A DNA stretch of 64,000 bases, taken from the NCBI GenBank assembly GCA_951406725.2, contig OX597818.1:55924001-55988000 (forward strand), written 5' to 3'. Shown piece after piece: positions 51,402 to 64,000 of this stretch (within the stretch, counting starts at the first letter, position 1; each line of letters starts with the position of its first letter). Both the position numbers and the translations under genes were made by a program. The stretch is from Octopus vulgaris. Its lineage: Eukaryota. The notes beneath the pieces were generated by a model, which saw only the letters and a program-made list of their open reading frames with translations, searched no databases and was not told the origin of the DNA.

Positions 51402-51757
51402 CATATATCTATTTATCCATGTGTGAAGTGTGTGTGTAAGTGTCTGTTCATATTTGTATATATATGTATTACATATATATCTATTCATCCATATGTGTGT
51501 GTGTGTGTGTGTATGTGCGGGCGGGGCGGGCACTCGGGTGTGTGTGTACCAACTAATGTTACCCCACCCCACCCCGTACCCTGTTTCTCTGAAAAAGGTA
51601 TTGTTAAGACGCTATCTGCTTGAAATGTTGTACTTTAGGGGTGAATCCCAGGTAAAATTGTTTGTCTGAACGAATTCTGTAAATAGCTTTCTGGAAATTA
51701 GAAGAAGAAATATGAGTAAGAAATGACCGATTTTTTTGTTAACCAAAAAAAAAAAAA

Positions 51758-51791
<34 letters not shown>

Positions 51792-52745
51792 CACTAGCAG
51801 TAAAAGAACACATTGCAGGAATTCCGTCCCATTCCAGACCATTCTGTTCTTTGAGTTTAGTTGGATTCGTGTTCTTGTATTTTCGGTAAGGTACCAAGCT
51901 ACAGGAGAAAGAATGAAAGGAAAGACATGCAGCTAGGGAGAGCGAGAGAGAGAGAGAGGGTGGGGAGAGGAAAAAAGCGATACAGAGAAACGGGAGAGAT
52001 GGAATGGAGAGAGGAAGACAGAATGTAGAAAGGGAAAGAGAGAGAGAGGGAGGAAAGGGGAAAATTAATAAAGATCTCAAAAGCTTTTATGCTATATATA
52101 AGAGATAACCAACATGAATACCTTGTTTCTTGGAAATCTAAGACAAATGCGTGCTGTAGCGTTTGCATACACCTGTATACAATACCTTTATATTTACAGA
52201 CGTAGAAGCATATACACGTGTACAATGCACATTTTTATATGAGCATGCGTGCTGTAGAGTTTGCATACACCTGTATACAATACCTTTATATTTCGTTTTT
52301 TTTATTGCCCACAAGGGGCTAAACATAGAGGGAACAAACAAGGATAGACAAAGGGATTAAGTCGATTACATCAACCCAGTGCGAAACTGGTACTTTATTT
52401 AATCGACCCGTAAAGGATGAAAGGCAAAGTCGACCTCGGCAGAATTTGAACTCAGAAAGTAAAGACAGACGAAATACCTATTTGTTTACAACCCACAAGG
52501 GGCTAAACACACAGAGGAGGCAAACAAGGACAGACAAACGGATTAAGTCGATTATATCGACACCAGTGCGTAACTGGTACTTAATTTACCGACCCCGAAA
52601 GGATGAAAGGCAAAATCGACCTCGGCGGAATTTGAACTCAACACCTGTATACAATACATTTATATTTACAAACGTAGAAGCATACACACGTGCACAATGT
52701 ACATTTGTATATGAGCATGCGTGCGCGCGTGCGTGCGTGTGTGTA

Positions 52746-52813
<68 letters not shown>

Positions 52814-53453
52814 TGTTTACAGGGTTGACCAAAAGTCACCTGACAGTAAATAAAAAAATATATAATTCCAACATTAAAACAAAAAATTATTTTAAAAGAG
52901 ACTTCTCTAATAAATAGACAAGTGTTGAAAAAAAAAAACGGTGATTTAATTCACAGCATTTAATTATTAAGCATTCATAATTGGAATGAATAAGTTAGGA
53001 GGCGAGCTGGCAAAAGCGTTAGCACGTCGGGCGAAATGCTTAACCGTATTTCGTCCGTCTTTACGTTATGAGTTCAAATTCCGCAGGGGTCGACTTTGCT
53101 TTTCATCCTTCAGGGGTCGAAAAATTAAGTACCAGTTATGCACTGGGATCCATGTAATCGAATATCCGCTTCCCACAAATTTCGGGCCTTGTGCCTAGAG
53201 TAGAAAAGAATTGGAATGTCTAAATATAATCGAATATTAAGTATTATGGAAATTTGGTTTACTGTCGAGTGACTTTTGGCCAATGCTGTATATATTGAAG
53301 GAAAGAAAAGTACTAGCCTCCATTTGATATGGAATTCTAAACATTTGGTTAAACGCTTAGAAATCCATATCATCAAGGGACTAGTACTGAAACATATATG
53401 TAGGCTTTTTCACATTCTTTGAGCTTTACAACTTATAATTAATTATTTAAAGC

Positions 53454-53543
53454 ATCTTACGATCGTTTCACAGAAGACTTGTCCCTATGATGAAATCCTA
53501 TATTGATAAGCACTTATAGACAACCCTTCTGCTCTTCAGAGAT
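53454..53543 (-). ncRNA. Type I hammerhead ribozyme with canonical core and long stem II
   Basis: AUCU-CUGAAGA-GCAGAAGGGUUGUC...GACAAGUCUUCUGU-GAAA-CGAUCG-UA-AGAU. Stem I AUCU/AGAU, about 13-bp stem II, palindromic stem III, GUA cleavage triplet. Confidence 0.8.
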
Positions 53544-53760
53544 ATAAAATTTGAATTCATGTTGTCCCCCCAACATCGCTTGACAACCGATGCAGGTGTG
53601 TTTTCATCCCCGTAACTTAGCGGTTCGGCAAAAGAGACCGATAGAATAAGTACTAGGCTTACAAAGAATAAGTCCTGAGGTCGATTTGCTCGACTAAGGT
53701 TGGTACTCCAGCATGGCCGCAGTCAAATGACTAAACTAGTAAAAGAGTACATATATATAT

Positions 53761-54156
53761 AGGCGTAGGAGTAGCTGTGTGGTAAGTAGCTTGCTTACCA
53801 ACCACATGGTTCCGAGTTCAGTCCCACTATATGGCACCTTAGGCAAGTATCTTCTACTATCGCCTCGGGCCGACCAAAGTGAGTGGATTTGGTAGACGGA
53901 AACTGAAAGAAACCCGTCGTATATATATGTGTATATATGTGTGTGTGTATATGTTTGTGTGTCTGTGTTTGTCCCCCCAACATCTCATGTCAACCGATGC
54001 TGGTGTGTTTACGTCTCCGTAACTTAGCGGTTCGGCAAAAGAGTCCGATAGAATAAGTACTGGGCTTACAAAGAATAAGTCCCGGGGTCGATTTGCTCGA
54101 CTAAAGGCGGTGCTCCAGCATGGCCGCAGTCAAATGACTGAAACAAGTAAAAGAGT
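53761..54156 (+). mobile_element. SINE family B, representative full copy
   Basis: tRNA-like head, CORE-like gtggcaccttgggcaagtgtctt, internal (TA)n(TG)n tract, gtaaaaga tail. Other copies at about 4650-5020-, 12190-12547-, 25805-26193-, 37600-38040-, 42711-43665+, 45210-45612-, 54160-54465-, 63645-64000-. Confidence 0.85.
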
Positions 54157-56389
54157 ATACTCTTTTACTCTATCTTTTACTTATTCTATCGGACTCTTTT
54201 GCCGAACCGCTAAGTGACGGGGACGTAAACACACCAGCATCGGTTGTCAAGCAATGCTAGGGGGACAAACACAGACACACACATATATATATATATAAAT
54301 TCATATATACGACAGGTTTCTTTCGGTTTCCGTCAACCAAATCCACTCACAAGGCTTTGGTTGGCCCGGGGCTATAGCAGAAGACACTCGCCCAAGATGC
54401 CACGCAGTGGGACTGAACCCGGAACCATGTGGTTGGTTAGCAAGCTACTTACCACACAGCCACTCAGTATATATATGTAATATACATATTAATATAAATA
54501 ACATATAAATATATGCATATATACATACATATATGTACATACCTACATATATATGAATATATACACGTATAAAAAAAAATGAGAAACGAGAACATATGTA
54601 TAGTATATACAGACACACACATACAAACATGCGAGAAGTACACAGACGCCCTTATAATCATTAAAATTCATTTAAATCTGAAATTATACATTCAAATTAT
54701 TTATTAATTATTATAATGCGAATATTTAACATTTAGTAGACATGCCCTTTGCATTTTTCAATGCAATGACCCTATTAGGCATGTTACTGATCAGATGACG
54801 AATATTCTCTTGAGGAAATTCTTGCCAAGTTTCATGTAGTAATCTCAAAACATCTGGCTTTCAGGATGATTTCTTGTTCTTTTTATGAAGTATCCTTAGC
54901 GGCAGACGAAATACCGCTAAGCATTTTGCCCAGTGTGCTAACGCTACTGCCTGGACGCCGTCTTTATAAAAATAATGATTTCATATTTTGGCACAAGGCC
55001 AGCAATTTTGGGAAAGAAGGTAAGTCGATTACATCGACACCAGTGCTCAACTGATACTTATTTTATAGACCCGGAAAGGACGAAAGTCAAAGTCGACCCC
55101 CATCAGAATTTGAACTCAGAGCGTAAAGATGGACGAAATTCCACTAAGCATTTTGCCCGGTGTGCTAACGATTCTTATTTCTTACTTTAACAAAGAAATC
55201 TTATATGAGCCCCCCCCCCCCCCCGGATCCTATGGACCCCCAAGGATCTTATGGGCCCTCAAAGACCTTATGGATCTCGGTTGAGAACTACGAATCGCAT
55301 AAGTTCAATATATCTAAACATGTAAAGAACTATACTAGCCAAAGAGGCATCAGATATAGGGGTCGCAAGGTCTACTAAAAATAAGACAACCGTCCTTCAC
55401 ATCATACCTGTAATATCTTAGAGAAAATGAAGAGGTAAGGTAAGCCTTGATGGATCGTATCTGTATATAAGATGGAATATAGTTGTTACGGCCAAAACAT
55501 CTTTAATTAAAAGTCAAAAGGACGTGGGGCTAATCCATAACAGAAAATAATCAAGAAGGGCTATAGTCTTACGTCATACGATGATGACTAGCAAAAAAAA
55601 CCCAGCAGCTGAATAACCCTCAAATTGCTTCCTAAAATATTGGTTTTAAATTTTGACACAACGCCAGAGATTTCAAGGTAGAGGGTAGTTGGTTACATAA
55701 ACCCCAGTGCTGGACTGGTTCTTACTTTAGCGACCTCGAAAGAATAAAAGGCGAGGTCGACGGAATTTGAACTTAGAATGAAAAGACAGACGAAATTTTT
55801 CCCGGCGTGCTAACGGTTCGGCCATCTCATAGCAACTTTCAGTATTGATAGGTACATATTATATAATACTGTTCTGTATGCTCTGTTTGAATATAAGACA
55901 AGAAGATTACAACTGTAACAGCTGTAAACATCCAGTCTAGTCTGACCTGTGGTTAAATAGCAACCATATCTAGAGTTTGTTAAAGAGTATGTTATTAATA
56001 TTATTACGAAACATCTTAAGAAATACGTTTGAATTTATTAAACCTATGAGGCGTGGTCAGAGCCGCAGTGTGGGATTATATCAGAGCATATAAAGTTTCA
56101 GTTGGGTCCCCTTTCCAAAAATATGATTGTTAGTCTTAAATACATATATGCAAACATTTTCTGCGATCCTAGGGAAAAATCTGGGCCCAGTTATGATGTA
56201 TGTCTTGCATCACCCTCATCTCATAGGCCCTGGGCGTGGTTGTCTTAAAGAAGAGAAATTAGTTGAAGGAAGAAATGTGCTGAGATTATAACCATTCAAC
56301 GTTGCTTAACTACTGGGCGTGGCCTCGCAGAACATTCGTACTGGCTCTCTGAAGATAGTAACAGAATTGAGTATATAGTCAAGAAAGGG

Positions 56390-60740
<4,351 letters not shown>

Positions 60741-61167
60741 TTAATTGTTTTACAGACGATTTATATTGACGCTCTCTGGATAAATATTCTGGCAATTCTC
60801 TTGCACATTGGTGCCACTACACAGAATATATACATTTTCTAATTTTAAATCTGCTTCTTTGGTAAAAATAGACTGCTGGTGTCAAGAATTTAGTGTGAAG
60901 TTCTTGAGGTTGCTTTTATTGTTGTTGTTGTTGTTGTTGTTGTTGCTGTTACTGGTTATTGTTGTTCAGGCTGACTTTAGTTCCAAGTAGACCAATGGTC
61001 AAAACCATTCTAGATAACAATCATCCAATTTCGTCATTTGTTCTCTTTCCTTTTCAAGCAGACAAATGCATTGTGCAGGTGTAGTGTATCTAGGATTATT
61101 TCATCAAAATGTCCTCCAATTTCTACAAACAGCACAGCGTTCGTTATTTGAGGGAAATTTTCTTCTA

Positions 61168-61390
61168 TTTCTAACAAGACAGACGACCATGATTTGATAA
61201 CGTTAAGACCGTCAAAAATCGTTTTCTAACAAGACAGACGACCATGATTTGATAGCGTCAAGACCGTCAAAAATCGTTTTCTAACAAGACAGACGACCAT
61301 GATTTTATAGCATCAAGACCGTTTAAAAATCGTTTTCTAACAAGACAGACGACCATGATTTGATAGCGTTAAAACCATCAAAAGTCGTTT
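61168..61390. repeat. 55-bp tandem repeat, 4 copies
   Basis: ctaacaagacagacgaccatgatttgata.. at 61171, 61226, 61281 and 61337. Confidence 0.92.
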
Positions 61391-61637
61391 GATCATTCAT
61401 TATTCACATATTTAGCAGCTTTAGTTGCAAAACTGCGAATTGAATGGTGACTGACAGTTTATCGAAATTTTTTTTAAATTTCAATACAGAACAAAGTGTG
61501 CAACTTATGATGTTAAGCGTGTAACTAACGTTTTACCGTATATTGTCCACCTTTGTCATCTGTACTAGCTGCAGAGGTTTACTAACTTTCTACACTTAGG
61601 TCATTGGATCGTACTTAACTCTTACTATATATATATA

Positions 61638-61681
<44 letters not shown>

Positions 61682-63499
61682 CGCCCACAAAATTCATATA
61701 CATGTCTACATACGCACATGCACAAGAAAAATGCAAGGTGGAAGGTAAAATAAAGGGAAAAATGAGTAAAAATATATAAAGCAATAAAAATATTAAAATA
61801 TATCTATAAATATGTAAAAAAATATGTAAAAAAATATATATAAGGAATATATATAAAAGTATAGAGAGATAAAATATAAAAAGCAAGTTCTATCCGTGAT
61901 CTTGAGGGGACCAAAAACGTAATAAATATTTAGTCACATGTGGAAAAGATCCCAAAGGTTCAGTTCTTGAATTTAGACATGTAGCGGGCTCCAAGCTGCT
62001 TTTCCAGATGAGCCATCTTAAGTGTGAAGGTTTCATTGCTTCGTTGGTCAATGATTGATGCAAAGAAGATACATTGGTAACTGATAGATCTGAGGAGAGG
62101 GAATAAATCCAAACGAGAAATAATCACTACTGTACTGTCGACAAATTTTCTTGACTGGAGGCATCAGTAAAGTGAAAATGTGAAAACGAGTTTCTACAGA
62201 TGGCGTCAGAAAGGCAGTAGGGTATTCCTAAAGAGAAGAAGAAGTCAATAGAGCAGAGTCAGATGACGCGTCTTTGCTGGAGCAAATACGGATCTAGTTC
62301 GTTTGGCTGCCAGCATTTCAAAAATTAAAGTTTATCGAAAAATTTTTTAATTTGGCACATGAATGTACCTTTCCAAGCTAAATTGCTGGAGTTATTCAAC
62401 TTTTTCCAGAAAAATGCTTTTAAAAAGTTATAGAGGTTTAAAGTTTGATCATTTTCACCTAATCAAGAAACACGTTTTCAAAGCTGTCATTTTGAGCGTA
62501 GCTGCACATTTTGTCAACATCTTGAAAATAGCACTTGTGTTTTGATACGAAACCACAGAATTATGCATGACATTACTTTTCTATTTGAATTCTACACGCA
62601 GGACTTCATACGATAATGCAAAAAAAAATTATAGTGGAGTGTGATTTAAGGCCTAGGCTTATTTGGCTGCTATTTTTAGCACGCATGACAACCATCTCAA
62701 TGACTGCTACAAAAATATTCGATCGATAAACAAGTCCACTTTTTAATACATATAATAATAATTCATGCGAGTAGTCACATCGATAAAAGTGCATCCTTAT
62801 TCTAGGCATGCCTAGATACCAGTAAATGCAGACTTAATTTCTAAAAATTCATTGTCACCCACAAAATGTTCATATCGCCCATCAAAATCTCAAATCGCCC
62901 GCCATTTTCTATAAATTTGCCCATTGCCCACCTGTAAAATGAAATCACCCACCGGTGAGTGATATCGCCCACATTGGGTTTGCATTTAGTTGCATTTGTT
63001 AATAAAATATATTTGTTTATTATTTCGTTGTGGTTCGTTGTTGTATAGCAAAATATTCTTGAAATAAAACCCTCACATTTTGAAAAACCAGAAGGGCACA
63101 AATGTACAATGTAATCCCTGAACTAGGGTAAAACATGTTAGGAAGACCTTTAAACAAGTTTGACTCATGAGATTATATCAGAGGACTGTTGCCCAAAGGG
63201 CCGTGCAGGGTAATCGATCCATGGACCACGCGATTCTTCAGTTGAAATCTTAATCATATGGCCATACACACATCCTACACAACACATACGCACACACACG
63301 ATCTCACACAAACACATACACACACACTCACAGCTTGAAGTATACACTAAATGACCTTGTCCTATTTTGTACATCGATATTTCATATAAAATGTAATGAA
63401 AGTGCTTCACATATACTGGGTGGGTGGAGGTGTTATTGAAATTTCATACGATTGGTGTTTAATGAAACCTAGCAAAATATAATGAAAGAGCACTAATTA

Positions 63500-63576
<77 letters not shown>

Positions 63577-63855
63577 GATGAGGAACTAGAGTCGGAGGAC
63601 TGATGACGAATAGCATGAGGCAAAAAATATTTTCTTCTTAATCTTTTGCTTGTTTCAGTCATTTGACTGTGGCCATGCTGGAGCACCGCCTTTAGTCGAG
63701 CAAATCGACCCCAGGACTTAATCTTTGTAAGCCTAGTACTTATTCTATCGGATTCTTTTGCCGAACCGCTAAGTTACGAGGACGTAAACACACCAGCATC
63801 GGTTGTCAAGCGATGTTAGGGGGAGAAACACAGACACACACACACACACACACAT

Positions 63856-63900
<45 letters not shown>

Positions 63901-64000
63901 TATATACGGCGGGCTTCTTTCAGTTTCCGTCTACCAAATCTACTCACAAGGCTTTGGTCGGCCCGAGGCTCTAGTAGAAGACATTTGCCCAAGGTGCCAC

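Noticed and set aside
61168-61390. CRISPR-like periodicity
   Set aside because: The whole 55-bp unit repeats, so there are no unique spacers.

Overview
AT-rich, repeat-dense animal genomic DNA. The SINE families, (TA)n/(CA)n/(GA)n load and gene content suggest a coleoid cephalopod, most likely Octopus (inference). There are three 100-N gaps (33378-33477, 35374-35473, 36885-36984). The only host gene I can identify is HSF2BP/MEILB2 on the + strand: two phase-compatible exons (15162-15285, 31623-31726) separated by a 16.3-kb intron, with the other exons not found. Almost all ORFs in the supplied track are microsatellite or SINE artefacts. The rest is at least five SINE-like families, RTE LINE 3' fragments, Tc1/mariner, piggyBac-like, Mutator/hAT-like and Helitron relics, and tandem repeats. 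Main discoveries: (1) a tRNA-headed SINE whose tail carries a minimal Penelope-type hammerhead ribozyme, inserted once as an inverted dimer inside one 10-bp TSD, plus three unrelated hammerhead-like motifs elsewhere; (2) a decayed, apparently intronless, highly divergent near-full-length SUZ12 (PRC2 subunit)-like gene antisense in the HSF2BP intron, among other unidentified relic coding islands; (3) a CpG-decay contrast between the left and right halves; (4) a 1.2-kb near-perfect palindrome beside a gap. All alignments were made by eye against remembered sequences, and repeat boundaries are approximate.
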